Source: the human T2T-CHM13v2.0 reference genome, Homo sapiens. Taken from it: 64,000 nucleotides of DNA. The notes under the pieces are model-generated. The model did not search any database and was not told the origin of the DNA. It worked only from the letters and a program-made list of their open reading frames with translations. A program made the translations under genes and the position numbers. The DNA lies in assembly GCF_009914755.1 (NCBI RefSeq), contig NC_060928.1. One strand, 5' to 3'. Of the stretch, positions 1 through 12,319 are shown in pieces. The first letter of the stretch is position 1; the number at the start of each line of letters is the position of its first letter.

Positions 1-552
1 TTATCGGTCTGTTAAGGATTTTTATTTCTACCTGGCTCAAAAATGGGAGGGTATATTTTTCCAGAAATTTATCAATCCTTTAGTTTTTCTCATTGGGCAC
101 AAGGAGATATTCACAGTAGTTTCTGATGATCTTTTGTTATTTCTGTTATCAGTTGTAATGTTGCATTTATCATTCATGTTTGCTCTTATTTGGATCTTAT
201 CTCTTTTTACTTTGTTAATCTAGTGAGTAGTCTACTGATTTTGTTTATCTTTTCAGAAAATCAGCTTTCTGTTTTGTTGATTCTTTGCTTAGTGCTTTTT
301 GTATCATTATCATTAATTCTGGTCTAATCTCTGTTATTTTTTTTCCTGTTAGCTTTGAGTTTGATTTTTTCTTGTTTTTCTAGCTCCCTGAGATGCAACA
401 CTTGAAACTTAAATCTTTTCATCTTTTTCATATAGGCATTTAATGCTATATACTTTTCTTTTATTACTGCTTTTGCTGTATCTGTAACATATTTTGATAT
501 GTTGTTTCTCTGTTTTCATTCCTTTCAAATTATATTTTGATTTTTCACATCA

Positions 553-864
553 TTTATTTTTTCTTTCTTCTTTTTTTTTGAGACAGGGTCTTGCTTTGTT
601 GCCCATGCTAGAGTACAGTGGCATCATCTCAGCTCACTGCAAACTCCACCCCCCATCATCGAGTGATTCTTGTGCTTCAGCCTTCCGAGTAGCTGGGATT
701 ACAGGTGTGTGCCACCATGCCCAGCTAATTTTTGTATTTTTAGTAGATATGGTTTCACCATATTGGCCAGGTTGATCTCAAACTCCTGCCCTCAACTTCA
801 AGTGATCCACCCTCCTTGGCCTCCCAAATTGCTGGGATTACAAGCATGAGCCACTGCACCTGGC
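553..864 (-). mobile_element. Alu (AluJ/old AluS-like), full length
   Basis: Poly-T followed by GAGACAGGGTCTTGCT...GCTGGGATTACAAGCATGAGCCACTGCACCTGGC; dimeric Alu in antisense. Confidence 0.95.
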
Positions 865-2295
865 TAATTTTATGTTTTTACCCAAAGAATGTTCAGGAGC
901 AAATTGTGTAACTTCCATATATTTGTACAGTTTTGAGATTTGTCTTAGTATTGACTTCTAGTTTCATTCCACTGTAGTCTGAGAAGGTATCTAATATAAT
1001 CTTAGTTTTTTTTTAACTTTATTGAGATATGCTTTATGGCCAAATATATGGTCTATTTTGGATAAGTTCCATGAGAAGATGAGAAAAATGTATTTTGCAT
1101 TCGTTGAGTAGAATCTTGTGTAAATGTCTAATTAGGTCCTTTTGGTCCAGAGTCCAGTTTAAGTCATTTCTTTTTTTGATGTTCTGCCTAGATGATCTTT
1201 CTGTTACCATCATTGGGATGTTACAGTCTCCTACTATTATTATCTTGTTTTTTATCTCTTTTCTTATGTCAGGTGGTGTTTGTTTTAAGAACCTGGCTAC
1301 TCCAGTGTTAGGCATGTATATATTTAGGTATGTAATAACTTATTGTTGAATTGATACTTTTATCATTATATAGTGACTTTTTCATCTTTTTTTTTTAACT
1401 GTTGTTGATTTAAAGCCTATTTTATCTGATATAAAAATAGTTACTCCTGCTTGCCTTTGTTTTCTGTTTGCATGGAATATCTTTTTCATCCATTTACTTT
1501 AAATCTGTGAAGGTCTTTATCATTAGGAGGGTTTCTTGTAAGCATATCATTAGATCTAATTTTTTTAATGCAATCTGCCAGTCTACACCTTTTAAGTAGA
1601 ATATTTATTTGATTTGCATTCAATGTTAATATTGAGATATGAGATTTTGTTCCTGTTATAATGGTAATTATTACCTAGTTGCTTTATAGTCTCAATTGTG
1701 TATTTTTTGTGCTTTACATAATTGTGCATTATATGATTCGTGAATTTTGTACATTCATGTGCTTTATGATTGTATCATTCATTTGTTTTCATGTTTAGAA
1801 CTCCTTTTAGTATTTCTTTCAGGATTAGTCTAGTGGTGAAATATTCTCTTACCATTTTCTTATCTGGAAAAGACTTTATTTCTCCTTCATTTAGGAAGCT
1901 TAGTTTGTCAAGATACAAAATTACTGCCTGGCAGTTGTTTCTGTTTATTTAATATTAAAAATAGTCCTCTAATCTGTTCTGGCTCATAAGATTTCTACAG
2001 AGAAGTCTGGTGTTAGTCTGATGGCTTTTCCATTATAAGTGATTAGACACTTCTCTCTTGCTGCTTTTAGAATTTTTTTTCTTCATGTTGACTTTGGATA
2101 GTCTGATATAACTATAGGTCTTGAACAGGTTCATCTTGCAGTGCATCTTCCAGATGTTCTTTCAACTTCTTGTATCTGGATGTCTAATTACCTAGCAAAA
2201 CCAGAGAAGGTTTTCTAAATTACTCCCTCAAAAAAAGTTTCCCAAGCTTTTCACATACTTTTCTTTTTTTTTCAGGAATAGCTACATTTGGTAGG

Positions 2296-2714
2296 TTTAT
2301 TAGTCTGTTCTTTCATTGCTATAAATAAATACCTGAGAATGGGTAATTTATGAAGAAAAGTGGTTTAATTGCCTCATGGTTCTGCAGGCTATACAGGAAG
2401 CAGAGCAGCTTTTGCTTGGCTTCTGGGGAGGCCTCAGGGAACTCATAATCATGGCAGAAGATAAAAGGAGAGCTTACACTTTACATGACTGAGCAAAAGG
2501 AAAAGAGAAAGTGGGGAGGTGCTGCACACTTTTAAACACCCAGATCTCACGAGAATCACTCACTATCATGATAACAGCCCCAATGGGGTGGTACTAAACC
2601 ATTAATGAGAAATCCACCTCCATGATTAAATCACCTCTTATCGGGCCCCACCTCCAACAATGAGGACTTTGATTTGTCATGATATTTGGTGGAACAAACA
2701 TCCAAACCATATCA
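2296..2714 (-). mobile_element. MaLR solo LTR (MSTA/MSTB-like) inserted in L1
   Basis: Ends TATTAGTC...CCAAACCATATCA (reverse complement of TGATATGGTTTGG...ACTAATACA). Perfect 5-bp TSD GTAGG at 2291-2295 and 2715-2719. Confidence 0.92.
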
Positions 2715-5117
2715 GTAGGTTTGGCCACTTCATGTAACTCATATTTGTTAAAGGCTTTGTTCATTTCTTAAAATTCCTTTTTCCTTATTTTTGTCTGACT
2801 GGGTTAATTTGAAGAACCAGTCTTCAAGCTCTGAAATGCTTTCTTCTGTTTGGTCTAATCTAGTATTGGAACTTTCAACTGTAGTTTGTAATTTCTTCAG
2901 TGCATTTTTTATTTCCAGAAGTTCTGGAAGGTTGTAAATATCTATCTTTTTAATACATTTTTAATTCATATCCTTTACTGTTTTTCTGATTTATTGTTTT
3001 GATTTTCACCTTTCTTTTGGATCTCATTGGGCTTTCTTACAATCTACATTTTGAATTCTTTACCTTTCATTTCAGAATTATTATTTTTTAGGGTACATTG
3101 CTAGAGAGCTAGTCTTATCCTTTGGTGGTTTCAAAACACTATGTTTTTTTACACAGTCAGAGTTCTCATGCTGACTTCTTCTTATCTTGATAAGCTATCT
3201 ATTCTTGTTTTTAAATTTACTTACATTTTGGATGACACTATTTTTCCTCCTGAAGGGTGACTGCAATGTATGCTGTGTATGATCCTTTACTTTGACTCTA
3301 GGCGATTCCAGGAAGCCAAGACTCTGTGTGAGCTTCTTAGTTATAGATAGCTTTTGTGCAGAAGCTTTCTCAAATGCTTATTATAATAGCAATGTACTGA
3401 ACATATGAGCACACTTTTGCAGGACTGGGAGTACAGAGGTCTCAGGAAACTTATTTCATTCCCTACTACTATGCCCTTCTACACAGGTTTTTTTTATTTG
3501 GTTGTGCTGTTCAGTCTACATTCCAGTAAGTGGCACTTTTGAGTAAGAGCTTTGGCAAGAGCCAATGGGTATGTTATTTGCTCTTTTTTACAGGTAAGGG
3601 ATTGCTGTTGTCACAGGTTGTTGGCTAGTCTATGAATTACCTCATGCCATGAGTTTCCTGTTCAACCCTGGTTTGAGTGGACAAAGATGAGCAGAACTGG
3701 ACCACCAAGCTTGTCCTTCAATACTCCAGTGACAAATGGAAGCACCTACATTGATAGGAATTGTAAGGGGAGCTCTTGGTGAATTGCACCAAGGTCTCTG
3801 CCAGGGGAAGAAAGAGGCTGCACCAGCTTCACCTCCTAAGAAGGAAGGAACATGATCTTCACTATCATACCTTTGTCCCCGGGCTTGTGACATGTCTTTT
3901 ATCTACAGGCTGTATGCAACAGAGGTCCACTGAAAATGCCAATCCTGTGGCTATTACCCACATGGCCTCAGAGTGGAACCTTTTTGCTCAGTTCAAAAGA
4001 GATGGCTCTGTGTCTTGTTGCACTATGCTGCAAGAGCACTGGCACTCTGCATAGCATGTGGGATAGGCCCTGTCCTTCACGTAAGCCTGGGCTTGTGGAT
4101 CCATCATCAGTGGGGGCACAGCTACTCTCAATAGCTCGGAAATGTCTGTCACAGTTGCAGTTGCACCAACCCCCATTAGGAGCAACCATGGCTATATTCA
4201 TAGCAGTGGGTGGGTAAGAGATGTCCCCCCTCCACTTTTATCTTCGTATGTGTGTGTTGGGGTGGCATGAGTACTGGAGCAACCTGGCCGCTAGAGTAGG
4301 GCAACACTCCTCTGTTACAGAGTGCAGCATCATGCCCATGTCTCTACAGTGAGGGTCATGGTATTTTTCTGCTCACAAGTAGAGAGCTCTTGAGCAAAAA
4401 AAAATTCTTTTGTCACAAGAAGCACTTTCCCATGTTGCATTTAACTTTCTCCTAGGGGCAGCATGCCATGAAGGCTAGTCTTCTAGGAATTCTGTTGCTC
4501 CCCAGGATCCCACCAGTAATCTGTGGTTGTCACAGTTTCTGTAAGTTCTGAGAAATGTTTTCAGGAGATCTAGCTATTTGGAAACACAAGGTCTGAGATC
4601 CCCTGGGCAGGATAGTGGCCCCAACAAGTGCACAACCAATATTGTACCCATTGCCTTAGTTCTGGTTTTAAGTGAAGGTGAGCAAATCGGTTGAGCTGAC
4701 AGCCTGGTGCCCTGCTCTCAATATATCCCCAAATCATTGCTAACAATAGTGCCTGCGCTTGCGAGGTTAGAGGGGCTATCCAACAGTATGGCAGTCCATA
4801 GTCTGCTTCAGGGATGAGAGGGCAAACAAGGATCTCCGCCTACCCTCTCCACAGGACTCCAAGTTCCTTAGAGAACTTTCTCTGTCAACTTTTTGCTTCC
4901 TTCATTATTCTGTGCCTCGCTTTTCCTCCACGGGTTCTCCAGTTGGTTCCAGCACTCTTCCTTCAGTATTCCACTTGGGCCATGATAGTTCCTCTTTAAC
5001 TTTGGTTCTTTTTTCTGAGAAGAACTGGAGTCCTACATCTCTAGTCAGCCATCTTGAAAAAATGGTATTACAATTTTATTAATTGCCCATAAATCTTGAA
5101 CAAATTTCCAGTCTCAT

Positions 5118-5399
5118 CTATTTGGATTTTTAACTGCTAGGATTGAAGTGTTACAAGGACTTGTGTGTGGAATCATAAATCTTTGTTTGATTAAATCTTA
5201 CGCAATTGGTGAAAGTCCTTGAACTGTTTTGGATATTAGTGAATATTGGGATAATTTCACTATTTGGATTTTTAACTGCTAGGATTGAAGTGTTACAAGG
5301 ACTTGTGTATGGAATTATAAATCTTTGTTTGATTAAATCTTACGCAATTGGTGAAAGTCCTTGAACTGTTTTGGATATTAGTGAATATTGGGATAATTT
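5118..5399. repeat. Tandem duplication, period 142 bp, two copies, inside ERV RT
   Basis: CTATTTGGATTTTTAACTGCTAGG...GGGATAATTT at 5118-5257 and 5260-5399; only two mismatches seen. Confidence 0.95.
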
Positions 5400-5817
5400 A
5401 TGCAAAGATTTAAAATGTTCTATTTGTTTTTATAGGTTTACATTATTATTTTTTATACTAATTGAGGAAAAGGCCCATAAACATTTAGGTATTTTTGAAA
5501 GGACAGGGGTATTATAAGCCTGAGTTTTGATTTCATTAATTTCTGTTTGTAGAGAGCATAAGAGTTATGTTTTGGGAAACTCAAAAAACTCTAAGATTAT
5601 TTCTCCCTGAGAAGAATTTTATGTTTCTTTCTAGTTTGCACTTAAGTCTCACCACAGTAAGTTTACTGGAGCAGTATCACATGGTAAAAAGGTATTTTTT
5701 TTTAGAACAAAGTTTCCAAAGTTAATTGAATGTGTTTAGATATGGGAATCTCTAGAACTTGATTTGAAACCCTCACAATCTTTTTACTTTGATGAATTTG
5801 TTGGCTTATTAAAGTGG

Positions 5818-6380
5818 GATCCCAGCAATTTCATTAATGGGAATATACCCCAAAGAAAATAAGCCATTCTACTGAAAAGACACATGTACTTATATGTTTA
5901 TTGCAGCACTATTCACAATAGCAAAGATATGAAATCAACCTAGGTGCCCATCTTTGATGGATTGGATAAAGAAAATGTAGTACATATAGACCATGGAATA
6001 CCGTGTAGCCATGGAAAAGAACAAAATCATGTCCTTTTAAAAATATTTATGGAGCTAGTAGTCATTATCCTAAACAAATTAACATAGAAACAGAAAACCA
6101 AATACCACATGTTCTCACTTATAAGTGGGAGCTAATAATTGAGCACACATGTTCATAAAGATAGGAACAATAGACACTGGAGACTTCTACAGAAAGAAGG
6201 AGGGTGGAGGTGTGAGTTGAAAACCTATCTATGGGGTGCTATGCTCACTACCTGGTGATGAGATTCATACCTAAACCTCGGCATCACACAATATTCCCAT
6301 GTAACAAACCTGCACATGTATCCTCTGAATTAAAAATAGAAGTTGAGATTAATAAACATTAAAAATGACAAAATAAATAA
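5818..6380 (+). mobile_element. 5'-truncated L1 3' end (L1PB/old L1PA-like)
   Basis: CCCAGCAAT...TGGATAAAGAAAATG...ATGTTCTCACTTATAAGTGGGAGCTAA...GTAACAAACCTGCACATGTA followed by an A-rich tail. Confidence 0.9.
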
Positions 6381-8552
6381 AAGTTGCTTATGGACTGAAA
6401 ACATAACATAAAATACAATAAAGCATAGTTTATAGTACACAAGGTGGCTCGAGTATCCACCATGATTGTATACAATTCCCCTTTTATCCTAGGCATGGTT
6501 TATTTATGTTTATTGAAGGGTATTACAGGAGGCAATTTATTTCAGAATCCCTTGGAGCCTAATCAATGTTGATAAGCATCATGACAGCTAAAAAGAATCT
6601 CTTTTGTTCCCTCTAGTGGTGAAACACTGCAGTCCAAAGGGAGGTTTATTGGTGGACAATCTCATATTTAGTGTCTTCGTTGTTTACAGTAAAGGCAGAA
6701 ATCTCAGGGTAAAGAATCTTGGTTTTAGGACCTCTGATTATGACTTAAAATAAGAACAAGAAGGTCTCTTTGGTCCCAGCCTCTACGACTATTGTAATTA
6801 CAGAGACATAGCTTGTTAACCTTTTGAGTTTTTCTTGCTCCTGAGTTCTCTCAAAATGTTTAGCTAAGGTCACAAATTGAGTCATATCTGTAACTTTCTG
6901 TCTCAATTAATACATTTTAATTTAACTGTAACATTTAGTTTAATTAAACTGTTAAGTCCATTTAAAAATGCTCATGTCATTTTAATCCATACAGGAAATC
7001 CTCTGTTTCATATTTTGAGTGCAGCATGTTTTACAAACAGTGTTTCTAAGCAAATTCTGTAATCTGAAACTGGTTTATTCTTTTTTATTCAGAAGGTTGT
7101 ATTATGGACCAATCAAAATTTATGGAAGTCTTTTAGAATTGAATTTAAAAGGTTTTTAATACTTTTTTAAGCTCTTTTTGTTACTTTTTATGAGGAGGTT
7201 TTAAAGTCAGGGAGTTTTGAATCATAAGCTCATATGAGAATTTCAAATTCCTCAGTAAATATTTGAGGACTTTTTCTTGGATCGGGGAAGTTTTTTACAA
7301 TGGCTCTAAGCTCAGTTCCAGATCTTGGAGTGTAAGTAATTACAGCAAGAATACTTGGCTGATCAAAAGGTCTTACTTTGCAAGGCATCTGTCTTATTTA
7401 ACTTTTAAAATATTATCCTTAAGGTGGCAGGTAATTTAGCAAAAATATTAGTGGACTCAGAGTATGTAGGCAGAGATGAATAAAGAAAAGGAACAGTTAG
7501 GTTTAGTTTAGTCAGAATACAGTCCTCATTTATAATGTCTAGTCTGTTGCTTAAGCTTTTTGTTTGTTTTTTGCAAACAATCTATAGAGGTGGCAATTTT
7601 CAATCTGCTTAGTCTTTTATAAGCCTTGTATACCAATTGAAGACTAATCCCATTGTTTTGTAGGGTTTTTGATCCCCATTTTTCTAATAGCCTCAGAAAT
7701 AAACAATTGTATTCTCTAGGGTACATCTGTTATTCATATTCACCACAATGAAAAGAAACCTGGTAATGAAACCATCAATCAATAAATTCCCACTTTTCCT
7801 CTACACCTCTGTAGTCTCTTCTCTTCACCCTTCCTTCACTCTAGATCATAAGTGAGAGCTAGATCATAAAGAACAAAACACTGCAAAAAAAAAAAAAGCA
7901 TAAAATGAAAAGCACAAAAACAAGACAAATCTATTTTAATGGGCAAGAGGTGATAGTGTGTGAAGGCTAGAGACACTAATAAATGTATCATGCTAAGGAA
8001 TATAATCTTATCTACCAGTTTATGAGCATCTGCTATAATATCTTCTGTATAAACATACTCTTCTCCAGTCTATATGACAATTCGGTAAAATGTCTATTAT
8101 TATGTCTACCTCAAAGATTAAGAAATTGAATTCTATTGAAGTGACAAATCTAGATTTATTCTTAATTCTCATTGCTTCACCAAACTACAATCTTTCTACT
8201 ATGCCACATGTAACCTTTATGTGCTAATGAGTTTTGAATTTCACCCTAAAGTCAGAAGAAGATTTTAACTTTGTAATAATATGATCAAATTTGTAGGTTT
8301 TTGTGGATAAAATATAGCCAAGTAGAAGAAATATAAAGACCTCGGGAAAGAAGAATATAATTACAGAAAGGTTTATAACTTCTAAAAAGAAAAAAGTAAT
8401 TGTCTTGTATGTTAGGCTCAGCCAGAATTTAGACCATAAACGCGTATCTTCGAAAACATCACTACACTGCTAAAGGCCACATTTAAAGACGTGGATAATC
8501 ATAATTATGAATTATTATACCAGAGCATATTATGCAATAATGAAGATATTTG

Positions 8553-8832
8553 CAGCTTATTCCTGTAACCCTGGCTACTGAGGAGACTGACACAGGAAGA
8601 TCACTTAAGGCAGGAGTTCAAGACTAGCCTGGACAACACAGTGAAGCCCAGTCACTAAAAATATAAGAGGAAATTTAAAAATTAGGTGGGCATAGTGGCT
8701 AAATCCCATCTACTTGAGAAGCTGAGACAGGAAGATCCCTTGAGCCTGAGTGGTAAAGGCTGCAGTGAGCTATGATCACACCACTGCACAGCAGCCTAGG
8801 CAACAGAGCAAAGCCCTGTCTCAAAAAACAAA
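8553..8832 (+). mobile_element. Diverged AluJ
   Basis: CAGGAGTTCAAGACTAGCCTGG...GCTGCAGTGAGCTATGATCACACCACTGCAC...CCCTGTCTCAAAAAA. Confidence 0.88.
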
Positions 8833-9805
8833 TTACTTTCTATTTTATTTAGAAAAATAGAAATAAAGAGATCAGTGCCTTTGAAAATATTTGACTTTGA
8901 ATCAGTAGCTTGGGGTAAATATGTGTTTAGTATTAAGTTCAGATCAAATCTGCTGATGTTCTAAATGTTCAAATATTCAGATTTCTTATTTCAGTATTTT
9001 ACTGGCCAGAAAGTAGTAGATTCAGAGTTTTGTAATAATATTTAACCAACACAGAATAAACATTAAACATGAGAACTTCCTAAATTGATATTAAAAGCCA
9101 GATTTGTCTATCAGAGTGAACATACAAATGATAAGTAAGAATATTATGTTTATATTTGTAAACCCCTGAAACTGTCACCAAATTTAGATGCAACAATTGG
9201 TGTTTTGTTGATCCTTTAATATGTAAGTTAAATATAACGTATGATATAGTTTTATCTCATTTTCTATATTTAAAACTGAGAAATTATTCTGCAAAGCATA
9301 TTCATATTTTAATGTTTTCCCAAATTTCACTGGTCTAATGATATTTTTTCATCTGTTTTTTCACAATCAATGAATATCACATTTTAAAAATCCCTAGCCA
9401 AATCAATGTTCCCTCAAGAAGCCAACTCTGTGATATTTCTCAACTCATCATTCTCATTTTTGAATAACAAAATCTTAATTTTGCCATTGTAATATAAAGT
9501 AAGCAATGTGGTGAATTCATAAAGGAAAAAAATCTTGCAATAAAAGGCCGGAGTTCAAGTTATAGTTGACATTTACAGAACTTGGAAAAATATAAATAAA
9601 AATATAAAACCGACTTTTAATATTCTTTATGAGTGATTGTCTCTCTGAGTTGTGGTGAAGTGTAAATAAACTAAGCAAAGAAATTTTGTTAATCATAGCA
9701 GATGATAAAAATATTAACAGCTACTACTATGTTGATTCGGCACTTTGTGGTTACTTATTCAATATTTAAATTTATTCATTTTTAAAATGTATGAGTCCTT
9801 TTGTT

Positions 9806-10313
9806 TGTTAATAAAAGACCATGAGATTTTCAGAGGCTAAAAGGAGAGCTTTTATTTTCTAAGAAACGATTTGTAGATTGGGGAGATGCAGCCTTCAGTA
9901 CAAGCAAACTGCACTCCAGAGAACAAAGGAAGGGTTTGGCTTTTATAGAGAAAGTTTTCATCCAGGTTCTCAATTAGATCCATTTATGCAAATGAAAAAT
10001 TCAGACATTTTTTGTTCTGATTGGTTGATAAAATTGAGCCTTGATTGGTTGAGCCAGTTGAACCCTAATTGAGTGGCTTTTAGGCTGAAAACCACAAGTC
10101 TCTGTGAAATTTATCTTGGCCTTGGATATAGGAACTGTTCCAGTTCAGGACTGCAAAGCATAATATTCATCATGGGTTGTACTTTCTGACAAGACTGTTC
10201 CCTCACTCATGTCATGGCCTCTCAAACCTGTTTTGATTTGAGCTGTCTCCATTAGCCACAGGGAGTCCATTTTGTCTGCGGGTGTTCTCTGGAGTGGGGT
10301 TGTATTTTGCAAC
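9806..10313 (-). mobile_element. ERV1-type solo LTR (MER4/MER34-group-like; subfamily uncertain)
   Basis: TGTTA start, an early TTTATT (antisense polyA signal), ATGCAAAT octamer at 9986-9993 and repeated GATTGGTT (CCAAT) boxes. Layout is typical of an antisense ERV1 LTR. Confidence 0.6.
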
Positions 10314-10316
10314 TGA

Positions 10317-10867
10317 TGTCAAAGTCAAAATTAAGTTTACTACAACTTTTACAAAGGCTGTTTACAAGCTTTCAACAACAGAACCCATCTGTCATCACTT
10401 ACATTTCAGCATGGGTCTCAAGGGAGTTAGAAAGAGGAATAAATTTTATAGAGTGAAAAGACGAAAAACCACAGTCTCTGATCAGGCAAGTATTCTATTC
10501 ACATGGGATTTTTGGAAGCAGGGAGATATAATTGGTCTCCTGCTACAACCAGCAGCCCTTCAAAAGTGCAAGTTGATGGCTTGGGGGTATTTCAAAAGAA
10601 GAAAGCTTGCTCAATGTTAGGGGTGGAGAGTTGTTTTTGTGGCCAGTTGTTAACCAGAACAAGTGGGAATCAATAGTTCCGTGGGAATGCTTTGTTGTTG
10701 TCAAAATATCATAGTCATAAAGGTCCCTGTGTGGAATAGAGGTGACCACCATCAGAGGCAGTTACTCACCCAAAACATCAAAATTCATGTAAAACCTCTC
10801 TAAAGCTTTATATTTTTACAGACTGCTAATCATATGCTCACCATTGATCGCTCCCTAATCCTTAACA
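10317..10867 (-). mobile_element. Second ERV1-type LTR-like element adjacent to the first
   Basis: TGTCAAAG start and TTAACA end; composition and layout resemble MER-type LTRs. Subfamily not identified. Confidence 0.45.
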
Positions 10868-10944
10868 GTTTCTGAGTTAGGTTTATGTAGCATTATGATA
10901 TTTTTCCTACCTGTCTGCAATGTACTTTCTGTCTCTATCAAAGG

Positions 10945-11233
10945 TTATTTATTTATTTTTTATTATACTTTAAGTTTTAGGGTACATGTGCACAACGTGC
11001 AGGTTTGTTACATATGTATACATGTGCCATGTTGGCGTGCTGCACCCATTAACTTGTCATTTAGCATTAGGTATATCTCCTAATGCTATCCCTCCTCCCT
11101 CCCTCAACCCCACAACAGACTGGATTAAGAAAATGTGGCACATATACACCATGGAATACTATGCAGCCATAAAAAATGATGAGGTCATGTCCTTTGTAAG
11201 GACATGGATGAAACATGGAAACCATCATTCTCA
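10945..11233 (-). mobile_element. Short L1PA insertion with a 5' inversion (twin priming)
   Basis: 10945-11118 is an antisense L1PA 3' end (TTATTATACTTTAAGTTTTAGGGTACATGTGCAC). 11117-11233 is sense L1 (AGACTGGATTAAGAAAATGTGGCACATATACACC). Confidence 0.9.
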
Positions 11234-11917
11234 AACTTTTTTTTTTAACCTTTCTCTTGATATGTAAACATCTCAAAAGATCAGGACTTGATTATCTTTT
11301 CTCAGTAGACTGTTCCTCCTTCTTTATCTTCTCTTAGTATTATATGTGAGAAAAATTTTTAATTATTTAATATGATTGCATTAAGATAGGTTCTAGTTAT
11401 ACCCAATCAACACATCTACAGTTGCATACATGGTGAATTCTTTGCAACATCATAGTCCAGTGTGCTGGTGTGGCTCTCATGGACAATGATCTTCTCTTTA
11501 ACTCCTATTCTTGACTCTCCATCACACTGAACCTGTGTGCCTTATTTTAAAATATTGCAATCCACATTTCATAATATTGCCATCTATAATATTTCATAAT
11601 TTTGCCTCTATCTATCCTTAGTTTTATGCTTTATTTGTGTGAAATTTATAGTATAGTGTACACCTTATAATTCCTCTTGATTTCTGCCCAGTTGCTATTT
11701 TATGGAAGGTAAAATGTCTTACCTCATTAATAAAAGGTAATACTTAAGAGAGAATTTACTTGGGGCAATAGAATTAGTCCTAGATGTTTCAATTATTTAT
11801 AATTTTAATTTTTTTCTTTTTAATATTTATATATTTATTGACTCAGCAGAACTCAAACATATTTCAATATAAAGGCCTTTTATAAAATAACCATTACTTC
11901 ATATAATTAAAGAGTTA

Positions 11918-12273
<356 letters not shown>

Positions 12274-12319
12274 TCAAATCACATGACTATTTAAATTTTT
12301 AAATGATTGATAATTTTTG

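Larger units (their letters stand above)
1..5056 (-). mobile_element. Old L1 (L1MA/L1M-type) 5' half: 5'UTR, ORF1 and ORF2 endonuclease region; interrupted by an Alu and an MST LTR; continues left of the window
   Basis: The reverse strand at 5056 begins CAAGATGGCTGACTAG, an L1 5' start. ORF 1034..1315(-) 'PNTGVARFLKQ...IIIVGDCNIP' matches the L1 EN motif APNTGAPRFIKQ...IMGDFNTP. The + strand has T-rich antisense L1 texture. Confidence 0.88.
5062..7760 (-). pseudogene. Decayed class I ERV (MER4-group-like) internal region: gag, protease and N-terminal RT
   Basis: Minus-strand translation gives gag 'LRLLEKWGSKT...KRLSRLKIA...LQKTNKKLKQQ' (7526-7726), a zinc knuckle CLYCKQRRH*I*DCP (~6655-6700), protease IMVDTRATLCTIN (~6430-6470) and CDTAPVNLL (~5660-5685), and RT 'SPCNTSILAVKNPN...WKFVQDLWAINKIVIP' (5065-5300). 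Many stops and frameshifts. Confidence 0.85.

Noticed and set aside
494-775. 93-aa ORF and similar ORFs at 12040, 24920-25317 and 52238-52545
   Set aside because: Translations of antisense Alu sequence; no independent evidence of coding.
3642-4217. Cluster of overlapping ORFs in GC-richer DNA
   Set aside because: Lies in the L1 5'UTR; higher GC content explains the lack of stops; no recognisable domain.
8430-8550. Few CpGs (ACGCGT, TTCGAA, GACGTG) in an AT-rich unique stretch
   Set aside because: Too sparse for a CpG island; no ORF or splice support.
11566-11615. Micro-duplications (ATTTCATAATwTTGCC x2; also 39640-39680 and 44582-44607)
   Set aside because: Ordinary slippage-scale duplications.
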